Shown: positions 39,301 to 53,679, counted from the whole stretch's first letter. The stretch: 63,736 bases of DNA, filler included, from Hyphochytrium catenoides (GCA_900088475.1; 12 parts of 12 records of this genome joined end to end with filler, not necessarily neighbours in it); one strand, 5' to 3'. Notes: a model not told the origin generated them from the letters alone. Numbers and translations are program-made.

Positions 39301-40405
39301 GTCGAAGTTCCCCTCCATAGCTGCGCTCTACGGCCTCCAACGTTGGGCGTCCTAGTGGACACTGAATGCATGCTCTTGACTGTATTCTATGACGGCAGAG
39401 TCTTTGCAGCCCAACCCATCAATAAAGTCACTCAAAGAGCTAAAGACAAGGTAAGGTACTCCTTTAACCCACCCAGGTCTAAATATACTGATGTCTTCAC
39501 GGGGTCGCAGATACCCCTCTTCGCAGCAGTCTCTTGCTCGTATGCTGGGTCCGTTATTCGGGCCAATTTTCACCCAACCAATGTACCGGAGAGCGTAGAG
39601 AGAACTTGCCTTCTTCCTCTTACTGTGCGACTGGAGGACTACCAGAACACAGAGTTCAACCATGAGGTTTACGGTGATTCTTTGCAGATGGCTATCGTCT
39701 CAGCGGATGGAGGAGAATTCAGTGGAGAGTACTCGTGTAGCAATATTCTTCAAGATGATGATAGCGTCTATAGCACCACAGCGGGCACCAACGCCAACAT
39801 TGTTTTGCGCCACGCAAATGACACGCCCTTCTGTCTTACCTCTGTCATTGTCCGGGGCCCTGGAGCAGGCTACACCGCTCCCGTTGGACATGTGGCTGTA
39901 TTTGTGACTAGTGATGTTCCCGATGAGAAAGCGTTAGCACAGTACGACAACCTTCTGCCTGAAGAGTTCCTCTCGCTACCATATCCTACTGATGACAGCA
40001 ATGTTCTGCGCGACACTAACCAACCGGTGTTATTCTTTTGCCTAAACGGCGGTGGAGGAACTGCTGCCATGCGATCACTTCGACGACCGCTAATTGGCAG
40101 GTATGTGACCATTAAGCTAATTAGACCCCAAGAAGGTGCGAATATCGATGTTGGCTACGTCGGGTGCCGCGGCTATTATGACTTGAAGCAGGGTCCAGCA
40201 TACTCCACCGCTCTCCATGCTGGTGCAGCTTGTAGTGAGTGCTTCATTACCAACATTGAGGGAGTTCGATACCGCAGCGTGTCTGGTACCCAAGACTGTA
40301 GCCTCTGCCCAACCTGCTACGACAATGAGAGAGGAAATTTGCATGAAAAGTTCGTTCCTCTTGTATCCTCGGAAGAAATGGCCTTGACCTCCTCTTTGAC
40401 CCTGG
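30351..40405 (+). CDS. Giant HERC-like protein (RCC1 repeats, SPRY x3, Kelch propeller, ZZ finger); 3' truncated, probable E3 ubiquitin ligase
   Basis: RCC1 repeats (GEVYSFGKNDYGQLGLG, VSCGYYHT), SPRY (GKWYYEVEV...IQIGW...SWAYDG), Kelch (PKGRAHH, YIFGG, LWLFGG), two further SPRY domains, ZZ (ACSEC...GVRY...LCPTCY). No HECT domain is seen before the contig break. Confidence 0.85.
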
Positions 40406-40505
40406 NNNNNNNNNNNNNNNNNNNNNNNNNNNNNNNNNNNNNNNNNNNNTTAATTAATTAANNNNNNNNNNNNNNNNNNNNNNNNNNNNNNNNNNNNNNN
40501 NNNNN

Positions 40506-40896
40506 GCAAAAGGCCAGTTCAGCGTGAAGTAGATGAAGATGCATGCCAACTGAGGCAAGGGAGAGAGACAAAAAGATGGAAGATGGAAGACAAAGAGAGA
40601 GCGAGAGAAAGAGAGAGAGAGCAAAGCAAAGGGAGAGAGAGACAGAGGAAGGAGAGAGGAGAGCACACCTGTGGATAAAGCTCTGAACCGATCGGGACTT
40701 TATCAGAGCTTCCGGAGAGACTGCAGATCTGCGGCTGGCTTTCTTGAATGAAGGGAGAAAGCAAGGCAATGGAGACCGGGGGGAAGAGAGAGACAGAGAG
40801 AATGACCTTTTATGGCGGTGATGAAGGACTGTGACGGCAAGTAGTCAACGGTAGGACGGCGCTGATGACGGGATAATAGGAAGTAAAAGCCAAGAC

Positions 40897-40947
<51 letters not shown>

Positions 40948-41320
40948 GAAGAGAGAGGATGTGTCATAACAAGTGGACGTGGGAATGAAGAAGGCTCTGA
41001 CAGAGAGACAGAGAAAAGAGAACATAGGAAGGAGAGAGAGGAAAAGAGAGAGAGAGAGAGAGAGAGATTAAACAGACCGAAAGAGAGAGAGAGAAAGAGG
41101 GAGAGAGAAAAGGGAGCAGGTAGTCAGCGTCAGTGGTCAACAAAGCATGACAGCCCCAAACCCGTCAAAAGCCGCTAACCCCCAGTCTAATGGCTCTCAA
41201 CTGATCTCTAAGCAACACTACGACTAACATAACCTATGGAAATAAGAGGCTCGCACTTGCGTCATGGAGGAGCCATGACGTGAGTTTGACGAGACGGAAA
41301 AGAGATGGAAGAGAGAGAAA

Positions 41321-41369
<49 letters not shown>

Positions 41370-42557
41370 CAGAGACAGATGAATAGGAGAGAACGACTAG
41401 GAAATGAGGGAGAGGGCGGAGAGAGGAGAGAAGAAGGCATTTTCTCACTCATTCCCCCCTGCCACTTGGCGCCAGGATATTCCACGGAGGTAAGCAAATG
41501 TGCGCTGGCCATGGAAGAGTAAAGAGAGAGAAGAGAGGCAGCAGGACCTAGAGATAGGTCTCTCTCTCGCTCTTTGTCCTTTTATAATGCTCACAAATGC
41601 TTTATAACAAGCGTGTCCTCTCTTTCTGTCCACATTCGTCTTCCCTACCAGCGGCAGGCTCGTGATCTAGTGTAGGGAGAGAGAGAGAGAGTCGTCAAAT
41701 GCATGCAAGCCAAGGAAGACACGGGCGCGGAAGACAGTTGAGTCTCTCTCTCGAAGTCTGAAAGCAGGCACTCACTTCTTCCGCGTCAGTGTCTTTCTTG
41801 CCTGGAGCTAGATCAGGAGGAGGCTGTCGGACTATCTGACTATCTCCTCTACGATGAGGGTTAGCTGATATCGTCTGTCTCTCTCTCTTTGTCTCTCTCT
41901 CTCTCTCGCTCTCTCTTTTTCTCTCTCTCATGAGATATGATGGAAAGAGCCGCGTCATGGGCATGCATGGCAGACAGCTGCCAGTCCCTGACGCTCGGTG
42001 AGGGGCATCAAGCTCTCTCTCTCTCTCTGTCAATTTCTCTCACTTTCTCTGTCACACACTCTCCCTCTCTCTCTCCCTCTCCACCTCTCTCTCTCTCTCT
42101 GTTCCTCGCTCCCACCATCTCTGTCTCTCTCCTCTCATTCCTCAGAATTGAAGCTAAGAGGTGTGCACCTACCTTCTCTGTATCAGCATTACATGCTATC
42201 TCATGTCCACACAGCTGAGAGCCCTTGGTTTGAACTTTCTCTCTCTCTCTCCCTCTCTCTCTCTCTCTCTGGGGCAGCATAGGGTCTTTGCCTATTGATC
42301 AAGAGTCTCTCTTGCTCCTGTTGCTCTGCCTAATTACGTCTCTGGTTTCCCGTGGCGTGTAAGAGGAAAAAGAGAGCGAGGAAAAAGAGAGAGAGAAAAA
42401 GAGACAGAAAGAAAGAACAAACTAAATTGTTCATTAAGCTTTACAAGAGCTATAGAAACATAGTTACAAGCCATGTACATCAGAGAGAGAGAGATGGGGA
42501 GAGGGAGAGAGAGGAGAGAGAGAGAGAGAGAGAGTGAGAGAGAGAGAGAGAGTGAGA

Positions 42558-42599
<42 letters not shown>

Positions 42600-43627
42600 C
42601 AGACTCTGCTATAACATCCAGCCCTCGTCACCCTGGGGAAGCCTAATTTTCTCTTCTCTCTCTTCTTTCTTCCCTCCTCCTCCTCCTCCTCCTACCCAGC
42701 CATCGTCTGAGGAAGGAAGAATCATACGACGGGGAGCATGAGCTCTTCCTCTCTCTTCCGAAGAGAGAGACGGGGAAAGAGAGAGAGAGGAAGACGCTTC
42801 TGTCTTTGAGGTGAAACAGATCTCACAACTCTTTCCAGAATTCTCAGTGAAGAGACAGACCGAGCAGCGCCACGTCTCTCCTGAACCGCTCTCTCTCCCT
42901 TCTCCTCCTTGATGGAGGAGAGGAACTTGAGGCAGACCCAGCTAAAAAGAGAAAAGTAAGAGGAAGAGAGAGAGAGAGAGAGAGGTTATTAGTGTCATTG
43001 TATAAATAAAGAAGATAAAGAAGCAGGAGTCGAAGATGACAATAGAATGGAAGCGAACCAAGAGGCGTAAGCGCGCTGGTCTTTCTTTGTCTCTCTCCCC
43101 TTTCTCTTTGTCTCTCTCTGTCTCCACTATCTCTTTGTCCTTTCCATCTCTTTCTCTCTCTCTCTTCCTCTCTCCGATCTGTACAACTAACCTGAACAGC
43201 GGGAAGTGCCTGTGGAGCTTCAAAGTCTTTCAAGAGAGAGAGAAGAGAACGATAGTTCACCTGTGCGGCGGCTCCTCTCTCTCTCCCTGCATAGAGCTCT
43301 GCCAAGGCCTGGAGAATTGCGTCGGGAATGCGACATCCTGCTGGGCGGGAGAGCGGAGGATAGCAACAGAGAGAGAGAGCAATAAAAGAGAGAGAGAGAC
43401 AGAGAGAGAGGAGAGTGAGCATAAGTCTTAGTATTACTGAGGAAACAGTATCAGAGAGAGAGAGAGACATAAGGGAGACTAAGCAAACCCGGTATACATT
43501 ACAGGTAGCACCCACAGCAGGAAGAGACAGAAAGAGAGAAGGATACATCATAGAGAAAAAGGAAAACATAAGAAAGAAGAGGAAGGAAGAAAGAGAGCGA
43601 GCGCGCGACACACACACACACACACAC

Positions 43628-43672
<45 letters not shown>

Positions 43673-44468
43673 ACCGTACCCATTTGACTAAGTGCTTCCC
43701 TAAGTTCTAGACGAGAGAGAGAGCCAGTGCCCTGAGAGTCGAAGGCGCTAAAAAACTCTTCGGGACGGAGACCCTGGCGCCTCAGCTGCTGCAGCTGAAG
43801 AGCCACAGATTGGCTTAAAAAAGAGAGAGAGAGAAAGGGAGAGAGAGAGAGAAATAAAGGGAAGGAGTACGGAGGAAAGAGGAAACAGTGGGGGAGAGAG
43901 AGATGGAGTAAGCAGAGTTAATCATGAGAAAGAAAGAGGAAGACTGTTAGGGTTCGATGTCGGAGGGCAGGAGAGGACGCAAGCGAAATGTTCGACGCCA
44001 GGAAAGAGAGAGCGTTAAGAACGAAGGAGAGAGAGAGAGACGCCGCAGAGAAGTCAGGTTCGACTTTTGCCCAGGCAGAGAAAAAGTGGTAGGGAGTGGG
44101 GATATACTAGGGCAAGGAGGATAAACCCAAGAAAAAAAGAGAGAGAGACAAAACCCAAAGACACACGGTAGGGAGAGACTATGGGAGAGAAAGAGAGAAA
44201 GAGAGAGAAAAAGAGAAACCGCAAGAAGAGAAGTGACAGGACGTACAGAGTGGCCTTGTCGAGCATGACAGAGGTTGAGAAAGAAACATAGTCAAACTGC
44301 TGTGGATCCTTCCCCTGAGAGAGTAAGAGAATAGATGAGATTGTCAGTTGACGATGAAGAAAAGAGAGACGCAAGGAGAAAATCATAGAGAGAGAAAAAG
44401 AAGAAGATAGAATGGAGAGGGAGAGAGAGAAAGAGGAGAGTATGAAAGCAGAAAAGATGAAACGAGAA

Positions 44469-44515
<47 letters not shown>

Positions 44516-44806
44516 AGCACAAAGGACCTGAAAGAGCGCTTTAATATGCTCTAACTCTGTCCTCTCCAGAGGAATCTTGTCGAAAAGAACGGCTGCCTCG
44601 AGTTCTTCCCAAAGGATAAAGCCCGTTCTATTGGGATCGTAGCTGAACAGCAGAGAAAGGAGCGGGGAGAGAGAGAGTGTGTGTGAAAAAGGGAAAGAGA
44701 AGAAGAGAAAGAGAGAGAAAAAGAGAGAGAGAAGAGAGAGAGAGAGAGTGAGAAAGAGAGGGAGAGAAAGAGAGTGAGAAAGAGAAAGAGAAGAGAGAGA
44801 GAGAGG

Positions 44807-44856
<50 letters not shown>

Positions 44857-45873
44857 AGAGAGAGAAGAGAAACGCTATCATATAGGAAGAGAGAGGGGAT
44901 TGAGGTGCGCGGGAGGAGAGAGAGAAAAACACTTAGGGACGAGAAAGAAGCAGACGAAGGGAAGAGAAAGAGAGGAAAGACAGACCAGGCAGCAAAGAAC
45001 CTACTAAGAAGAGAAAGAGAGAGGGCCTTACCGCTCTAGGAGCTGTCTCGGGGTCATGCTCTTCCCTCTGTGAAGCTCAAAGAATTTTCTCAGTTTCCCC
45101 CGTAATTTTGCGTCTATACGCTCCTCTAAAGAAGAGAGGTGGCGCCATACTGAATGGAGAGAATTAGAGAGAGAGACACAGAGAGAGAGAGAGAGAGAGA
45201 GAGTCAGAGGTCGTGGAAAATGGAGGTGAAAGGGAGAAAGAAATGACAGAGAGAGAGAGTAACGGAAGAGTGAGAGAGAGTGTCTATGAGTGCGGGAAGA
45301 CAACGAGTGACAAGGGCAGTCGCTTGCCGTTCGATCGATCGGCGAGAAGTATTCCCAGGCAGGGAAGAGAGAGAGAGAGAGAGAGGAATAAGAGGGAAGA
45401 GGAATACAGATAGGGTTACGGAGAAGACAAATGGAGAGACATCGAGAACAAAGAAGAAGAGCCAAAAAGAGTGGAAGAGAGAAAGAAAGAGAGAGAAAGG
45501 AAGAGAGAGGCTCTCAGTCGCACCTGCGTCTCCAACTGCGCTTCTGTTCGCTGAAGGGAGAGAAGCTGAAGGAGAGAGAGGGGAGGCCCTCTTGAAGTAA
45601 CTCTCTCTCCCATAAGAAAAAGCGGAAGCTTGTGCCCAAGGCGAAGGCTCTTGAGGAGAATGAACTGCAAAGAAACAAAGGATGAAGGAGACACAGAAGA
45701 AGAGAGACTGGAAGCGTGAGAGATGTGCAAGAGAGAAGAGAGAAGAGAGAAACACTAAAGAGAAGAGTAGTAGAGAGAGCCCTGAAAGTGACATCTGTCT
45801 ACATGAGGAAAAGGACCAAGAGGAAAGCGTGAAAGAACATAAAACACTAAAGGAGAATGACAGAGGGAGGGAG

Positions 45874-45909
<36 letters not shown>

Positions 45910-46504
45910 CAGAGAGACGGGGTTTCTCCCAACCTTTTATTGGCGCCTGGAAAGCTGGCATCCGTGACAAGAAGGAGGGAGGAGGAGACCACAGCTGGGG
46001 AGCAGGGGAGGGAGAAAAGAGAGAGGGAGAGCCAACTGCAGCAACCTACGTTAGTGACATCTCTCTCCACCTTTCTTCTCTCTCCATCTCTCTCTCTCTC
46101 TTCTTCCTCTTTCTCATCACTCTCTTGCTTCGTTTACTCGTTTTGATCTTCTTCCGCCATCCTTCCTTATCCCTAAGTTCTCTGTTTCTCTCTCGCTCTC
46201 GCTCTCTCCTCGTCTTCCCTGGCCACCTCCCCTTGATCACAGATGCTTCTTCCTTTGCTGAGTCCTTTTATGCTTCTCTCTCTCTCTCTCTCTCTTCATA
46301 TCTTTTCTCTCTCCCGCTTTCTGCTCTGTCCACTTCATTGACAACTTACCGAGTGGCTGTCCGGCGAGAGGGATGACAGGAGCTGGCGGTGCTCTGGCTG
46401 GTCGGAGAAGAGAAGGAGGTGTCCCTGGCTGAGGAAACATGGTCGGGGACACAACGGGACTCTAAGCGGAACAAAAATCGAGAGAGAGACAGTCAGTCAA
46501 TCGC

Positions 46505-46536
<32 letters not shown>

Positions 46537-46614
46537 CAAGGAGGGACGGAATAGAAGGGACGAAGAGAGAGAGAGTCAGAGGAGAGAGACAGAGGAAGAG
46601 AGAGAGACAGAGGA

Positions 46615-46653
<39 letters not shown>

Positions 46654-47316
46654 GAGAGAGAGAAGAGGGGAGGGAATGAAAGATTGAGTGAGTCCAATGG
46701 CAATTGCTTAGCAAGGGAAACGACTGAGGTCGCCTAAGTGGCAACCAAAGAAGTGGCCAAGAAAAAAGAGAGATAAAAAGAGAGCAAGAGAGAGAGAGAG
46801 AGGGAGCACGAGAGAGAGAGAGGAGCGAGATATGACAAAGAGAGAGAGAGCAGCGAGAGATGGCAAAGAGAGAGACAGGAAGCACAAAGAGAGAGAGAGA
46901 GAGGAAAGGGAGAGCAAAGAAGAAAGACAATTGCGTATGTTTACCATTGGTCCTGACTGTTGAAGCGCTACGAGCGGATCCGTGAAGACTGTTTTCAATA
47001 ACTGGACATAGTTTACATTCTTCCTTTCTTCTTTCTCTCCCGCTTTTCTCTCTCTCCCGGCGCTTGCTCTCGCCAAAACCTCAGCCGCTCTCTCCAGCTC
47101 TTCTTGCTTTAACGGGCACCGGAGAAGAGAGAGAGAGCGTACAAAGTCTTCTCTCCCCACAAACCCTTTCCCTTCAGGGTCGAAATGACGGAAAACCCGA
47201 GAGACTTCTCCCAAAGAAAACGCTTTCAAAGAGGCAATCAACGTGTTCACCAGGCCGAGAGTCCGCGGGGAAGGAGGAGAGGAAGAGCTTGAAGGAAAGA
47301 GAGCTTTAACGATAGG

Positions 47317-47352
<36 letters not shown>

Positions 47353-49140
47353 GCAAGAGAGAGAGAGAGCAAGGGAGAGAGAGAGGGCAAGGGAGAGAGA
47401 ATAGCAGGTGAGAGGCGTATGTTTGGTTAGAAGCCGGGAAGAGAAATGAGTGGTGAGCGAGGAGAGAGAGAGTAGAAAAGGTAGAGCGAGAGAGAGACCA
47501 AATTATATAGAGACGGACAAAAGATAGGAAGAGAGAGGGAGAGAAAGAGACTAAAAGAGAAAGGGAAAGAGAGAGATGCAAAAAGAAAGAGAGAGCTGTC
47601 CACATTTCGCAATGCATTAGAATGCAAAAGACAGAGGAACCGAGGGAGAAAAAGACAGAGAGAAAAAGAATATGTCGTTCTCCTGGAAATACGGTCATTC
47701 TCTTACCTGCTGCTAAAGCTTTCGTTAGCTTTCGATAGTCTACGATAGGATCCTCGTCCTCTTCATCTTTTTCTTTCCCTCTCTCTCCCTTCTTTCCCTT
47801 CGCAGGCACTCTTAGAATATCATTCAGATCGTCAATATCGTCACGACCCAGCGGCAGACCTTGAGTAGTGAACGGACAAATTTCAAATGTAGGGAGGGGG
47901 AGAGAGAGAGAGAGAGAGAGNNNNNNNNNNNNNNNNNNNNNNNNNNNNNNNNNNNNNNNNNNNNNNNNNNNNNNNNNNNAGAGAGAGAGAGAGACAGAGA
48001 CAGTGCGTAGGTAAGAGAGAAAGCGAGAGAGAAGTTAGCTTACACACTCTAAGAACGACATAGCATTGTCACGGATAGGGAACAGGGACATAGGACGGAA
48101 AAGAGAGACAGAGAGAGGCCCAAAAGAAAGAGAGATAAGGCGGAAGAGACACCCAGACAGAGAGAGAGAAAGAGAGAGAGTGAGAATGGGAGAGAAAGAA
48201 CTCGAGAGAAAGAGCAGCGGTTACCTGATTTCCTGAAGATTTTCTGAATATGTGAAGCTCTCACTCTTCCCTCAGGCTCTTCATCCTCTAGCCACTTCAG
48301 TAATTCTCTCTTCTCTGCCTTGCTGTCACACTCTCTCTCTATCACCTTGACCACCTTCCCTATCTCTCTTCTCTCTCTCTCCTCTCTCTCCTCTTCCTGT
48401 TTTGACTTGCCCGATTGTCGCCAACTTTTACTCTCTTCCTTCTCTTTTCTCCAACTCTTCTCTCCTTCTTCAGTTCTTTTTCTCCAGGGCTTCCTTTTGC
48501 CGGTCGTCTCTCTCTCTCTCTCCCCTTCGTCTTTCTCTCCCTCACTCTCTCCACTTTCTTCCTCTTTAAATGTCGCCTGCTTTGTCTCTCGGAACATCTC
48601 TCGAATTTGAACCATGGAACCTTTCTTTTTGTCTGTGATGCACCAAGAGTTGAAGAGCGAGAAGATTGAGAACGAGAGAGAGAGAGAGTGTGTGAGAGAG
48701 AGAGAGAGAGAGATGAAAAGCGAGGCATAGACGATGTATCTGTGGATTTTGTGTCTGAGAGAGATGAGAGAGACAGAGAGAGAGAGAGAGGAAGAGAGCG
48801 AAAGAACCGAGAGACAGAATAGAAGAGAAGTTGGGCTTCATGGTCCCAGGAACGGATAGAAGGCTAGGGCAAGAGTGAGCGGAAAGAGGGTATGGAAAGA
48901 TGCATCGGGAGCACAGACAGGGAGAGAGAGGGAGAGAGAAAAAGAGGGAGGAGAACGCGAGAGAGAGAGAAGAAAAGGGAGAGATAATGGCTTTGACTAA
49001 CCTTGCCTAGCGTACGCGCTCTTCAATTCCTTTACCAGCTTATCGGAGAGTCCAAAGGATTGTAAGGAAGATTCAAAGCTATCGCTTATCATCTCGTCAC
49101 TCTCTGCGTCTGTGAGAGAGGAAGATAGGTTGTCAGATGA

Positions 49141-49193
<53 letters not shown>

Positions 49194-49212
49194 CAGAGCG
49201 AGACAGCGAGAC

Positions 49213-49266
<54 letters not shown>

Positions 49267-49723
49267 AACAAGATATATGGAGAAATAAGGATGTAATGGA
49301 TCATTTAAAAGGAAGAGAGAGAGAGAGTGCGCACATGCGCCGGGGCGCAAGACAGGGGGAGGTGGCTGGTAGACAAAGGAGTCTGGAAAAGAAAGAAAGA
49401 GATAAGAAAGATAGAAAGAGGAGAGGCAAAGAGAGAGAAAGACGAAAGATAAAGAGAGAGACGAGAGAGAGAAAAAGAGGAAAAGAAATGATGGGAGAAG
49501 CGTACCACAAAGTTTGAGAAGTCTCTTCTTCAGCGCCGGTAGATCTTTCCCTAGCTTCCCCAAAGCTTTGACTAACTTCTGAGCCACCGCGCGGCGCTGC
49601 TCCTGACGTTCTACAGCGAGTCCAAAGAAGAGAGAGAGAGAGAGACACGGCTCGCGTGAGAGGATGATTAGGAGCATGAGAGAGAGAGAGAGACACGGCT
49701 CGCGTGAGAGGATGATTAGGAGC

Positions 49724-49763
<40 letters not shown>

Positions 49764-50622
49764 AAGAGGGTACCTTTCTTGGAAAGGCCCTGCAGGAGGA
49801 CCTTGTCTGCATCTAGTACAAACGCACAGAATTCCTTATAGTCCACCTGAAAAAGTTGAAGAGAGAGAAAAGTAAGAGAGAGAGAGAGGCAGCGAACGGA
49901 CAGGGAAGCATATATAGACCGAGAGAAGAAAGAGAGAAGGGAGAGTGACCGGGAGAAGAAATAGAGAGAAGGGAGAGTGACAGAAGTAAGAGAGAGAAAG
50001 AGGGAAAGAGAGCGAGAGAAGGAGGCAGAGAGAGGGAGGAAGAGAAAGAGAGAGGGAAGGAAAGTTTAGACGGGAAAATGGTTATTTATCTAGCTTCTGC
50101 TTCCTGAGTCTCCCTTCCCCTCTTCTCTCTTCCCCTATGGTCTCTCTCTCACTGTGTTTCTGTCTCCTTACCTCGCCATCCTCGTCCTTATCGAAGAGAG
50201 AGAAGAGAGAATACATGTCTGCAGGAGAGAGAGAGTCTCCTACTCCTAACAGCTCGAAGGCCAGGCCAAGCTCCTTCACGGACAGAGAACCATCTCCGTT
50301 CTTATCAAACAGTGAGAAAGTCTGAAGAGATGTGGGAACAAATGAGGGAGAGAAGAGAGAAAGTAAAGGGGCAAAGCAGACAGAGGGAGAGAGAGAAAGT
50401 GTGAGAGAGACTAAAAGCGAGGAGAGGCATGGTTATGTGCATGGAGAGAGAGGGGGAACAAGGGAGAGAGAAAGGCGGAGAGAGACGGTATTAACTGTTC
50501 CACGGCCTTCTGGTGCAAAAGAGGAAGAGGAGGACAAAAGAAGATGGCACGGGGGAAGAGAGACCGGTAGGGAGAAGCGAAGTGAGAAGGAAACGGACGA
50601 TAGCAAGAAAGAGAGAGAGAGA
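40506..50622. repeat. (GA)n/(CT)n microsatellite-saturated intronic sequence
   Basis: Many GA dinucleotide runs; also present in 18803-27059, 51300-53340 and 61540-62250. Confidence 0.95.
42844..50325 (-). CDS. Large multi-EF-hand calcium-binding protein (many exons, 5' truncated)
   Basis: Exons FSLFDKNGDGSLSVKEL, FSLFDKDEDGE/VDYKEF, FRHFDPEGKGFVGREDF, YDPNRTGFILWEEL and FSAFDSQGTGSLSRLEL, embedded in (CT)n introns. Confidence 0.75.
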
Positions 50623-50722
50623 NNNNNNNNNNNNNNNNNNNNNNNNNNNNNNNNNNNNNNNNNNNNTTAATTAATTAANNNNNNNNNNNNNNNNNNNNNN
50701 NNNNNNNNNNNNNNNNNNNNNN

Positions 50723-50772
50723 CAGAGAGAACAACTCTGTGCTAATCAACTCTAGACGGAATCTAGGTAACA
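50723..50772 (+). mobile_element. Possible 3' end of a solo LTR related to the Copia LTR at 53680
   Basis: GAGAACAACTCTGTGCTA resembles GAGAACATCTCTGTGCTA in that LTR and the segment ends in ...TAACA. Confidence 0.3.
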
Positions 50773-53679
50773 GCATTAGCCTGACTTAATGTTAAGACGA
50801 TCTTGTAGACCCTAGGGGCTACAGACGCCAATAACCCGTTAGTGATCCTCAAAGCACCAGCGGTGAAAGGAACGAGGGCTGAATGTACTGTACTGTAAGA
50901 GTAGGGCCAGCTAGGACAGCAATCAAGGCTAAGCAATATAAAGCAAGAAGAGAAAGCGAAGCTCAAGGGGGCGGTCGGATGTAGGAAAGGCTTACAAGAA
51001 AGCGAAGAATGGTGAGCCATTCATTAGGACAAGGAAGGGTAGCCAAGAGGGCGAAATGAAGGAGATGGGATCCTGCCTGAATGAACCAATACATACGGAG
51101 AAGAGCCGAGTAAGAGTGAGCCAAGGCGGAGATCAAGCTAAGAGAACCACCCAGAGGGTGCAGACACGGAAGACAACAAAAAGAGGAAGTGTTACAACCC
51201 TAAGAAGTAAGGCAAGTGGGACATGGAGGGCCTATCCAGAACAAGTGAAACATGCAACAGCATACAGATTACCTATCAACCCCCAAGCGATAGAGACACC
51301 AAGGGAGATTGAACTTAGAGGCACCAAGAAGATATCACCAGGAGGAGTGCAGGATTAAGAGGGAGCAAATGAAAGAAGGAGTTGTGGAGTGCACTGAAGG
51401 AGAAAAAAAACATATATCTCTCTCTATATGTTTAGATGGACAGAGAGAGAGAGAGAGGCATCTTAAGAAAGAGAGGCACCTGGAGAGACCTGCTGAGGCG
51501 GAAAGCGATGATGGTATAACTAAGTTAAGGAGTGTAGAAAGCGAAAAGGAGGGGGCACTGAGGAAAGACGAAAGTCCGGGAAGAGATGGGAGCCAAGGAA
51601 AGGAGAAAGGAAAGAGCGAGAAAGAGAGAAAGGCAGACACACGACAAAACGAGAGAGAGTGTCATGGTGAAGGCGATGGGAGACGAGTCAACCTGAGAAG
51701 AGAAATCTTTTACTCTCCTCCTCTACACCTTCACTCTACCTGATCAATTTCGCAGGGAGCGCAACCCAACTCTGACATGAATCTCGTGCTTGGCTCTATG
51801 TCAACCTATCATAAAGAAGACAGAGCTGAGTTAGGAAGAGTATGTGCGATGCCATTTTGGCGATGCCATTTTAAAAGTGGTTGGGAGAGTAGCAGCGAGA
51901 GGGAGAGGATAGAGGAAGGTTCATGACTGAGGAGGGAAAAGGTCGGAGACATTACGAGGAGGGAGAGAGCGTGCAAAGAAGAATAAAGGAGGAAAAATAA
52001 AGCGAGAAAACGAGGAGAAAAGAAAGTGAGGGAGATTTTAACTGCTGAGAGAGAGAAAGAGAGAGAGAATCAGAAGACAGGAAGAGAGACAGACACACTG
52101 GAGAAAGGAGGGAGTGAAGAGAAACCTGACGACCTTTAGCAGAGGTAGATATTGATGATGTCTGGAGCTCTGTCTAGATGTACATGTAACAAAGGAACTT
52201 GATGATGATTATGTGTCAATTGATTCAGTGACTGTGTCTCTCTTAGTGCTCTGCCTGTCAATCTGCGAACAGCGACAGAAAATAACTAGGGAGAAGGGGA
52301 AAGAGAAGCAAGAAGAAGGCCTGCCGCAGGAGGAATGAGTAAGAAGAAAGGCAGTCATGGTGAAGATAAGAAGAGAGAAAGAGGAAAAGACCCAGCACTA
52401 GATAGGGAAGAGGCCAGGTGAGACCGGAAAGGGAAGGCAGAGGGCCAATTTGAAGAGGAAAGGGAGATATAGAGCGACACAATAAGGAGAAGAGAAAGAG
52501 AGTCAAAGTAAGAAAGCAAGGCGGAACAGAAAGAGAGGAGGCAAATATGGAGAAAAACAGACTGATGGATCCATATAAAGGAGCTTAGTCTTGAGAAGTT
52601 GTTGCAGACTTTACTCTAGATTCCCTCTTTGCTGCGCCCTTCACTTCCGCTGTCAACGAGAACAGCAAACTTGGCGGTGGCTCGAGCCTAGCCGGCCACC
52701 TGGAACCTGTGACTGCCTAAGATGATGAAATCTCAGAATGGGAGGCACTCGTGGGGGGATTGTCGCGAGATTGCATCGTAGGAAAGGCACGCAGCACTCC
52801 CTACTATTAAGCCACATGTATTGCATCCCTCTCGCTTTAGCTCTCGACTGGTATCCGCGGTCTGATGTGATCTCTTCTGTTTCCCACAGGTAGTCCTGAC
52901 CTGAATATTTGTGCAGGAAAAAGGCTTACTCAGCTTTCTCCTCAGCACCTCGGCGGCGGCATACGAAAACAGCTGCTAAAGCCATGATGCGACACTGCCG
53001 ATTGTACAAAGATAGAACCTCGTTGAGGATAGTTTGGAAAGCGCTAAAGCAAGTGAGACCGGGACAAAAGTTGTGGAAAAAGGAGCGGAAAGAGGGAAAG
53101 GGAAGAGAGGAGAGCTTTAGAAGAGAGAGATACAAGAAGCGCAAGATGGAGAAGAGAGAAGAGTAGCAGCTACGAGGGTGGAGAAATCATAGAACAGAGA
53201 CGTTTATACAAACAGATAAGACAACAATGGATTTTGTGAGACTCAGAAGAATGATGAGCAAGAGACAAATAGAGAGAAACTTAGGAAGAGCATAGAAGAA
53301 GGGGCACAGAGGGATAAAAGAGAGAGAGACGAATACAGACGACGTAGATCATCAGCAAGAGAGTGTTCATCGTGTCGCTTTGATACAAATCGTCCTCAAA
53401 GACTTGCCCCTCCTGTAGGTTACTTATACGCCTGCAGAGGTTAGGGGATGGGTCATCTCCTTGTAACGGACGAGGGACGAAGACGCTGCCTATCCAACCT
53501 GGGTTGTCATAGTCAAGAGAGGTTAAGATGTACTCTACCCGCCCATGCAGTTGTGACTACACGACTCAGTGATAGAAAGGGTTAGGCTAACCTTTCTTCT
53601 TTGCATGTTGAGGTCCTACCCGGACTCTTACTCTCTCGAGGCAATGATGCCAACAGTCATGGAGATGAGTGTAGGACTG

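Noticed and set aside
49630-49740. Exact tandem duplication of ACACGGCTCGCGTGAGAGGATGATTAGGAGCAT
   Set aside because: It is flanked by GA runs within an intron, so slippage or an assembly artefact is likely.
40506-52510. Many long ORFs rich in SL or ER dipeptides
   Set aside because: These are translations of stop-free (CT)n/(GA)n introns; only the embedded EF-hand exons are credible.
52120-53440. Possible minus-strand exons (RISNLQEGQVFEDDLY..., FQTILNEVLSLYNRQ...)
   Set aside because: Probably part of a gene, but no consistent model or family could be supported.
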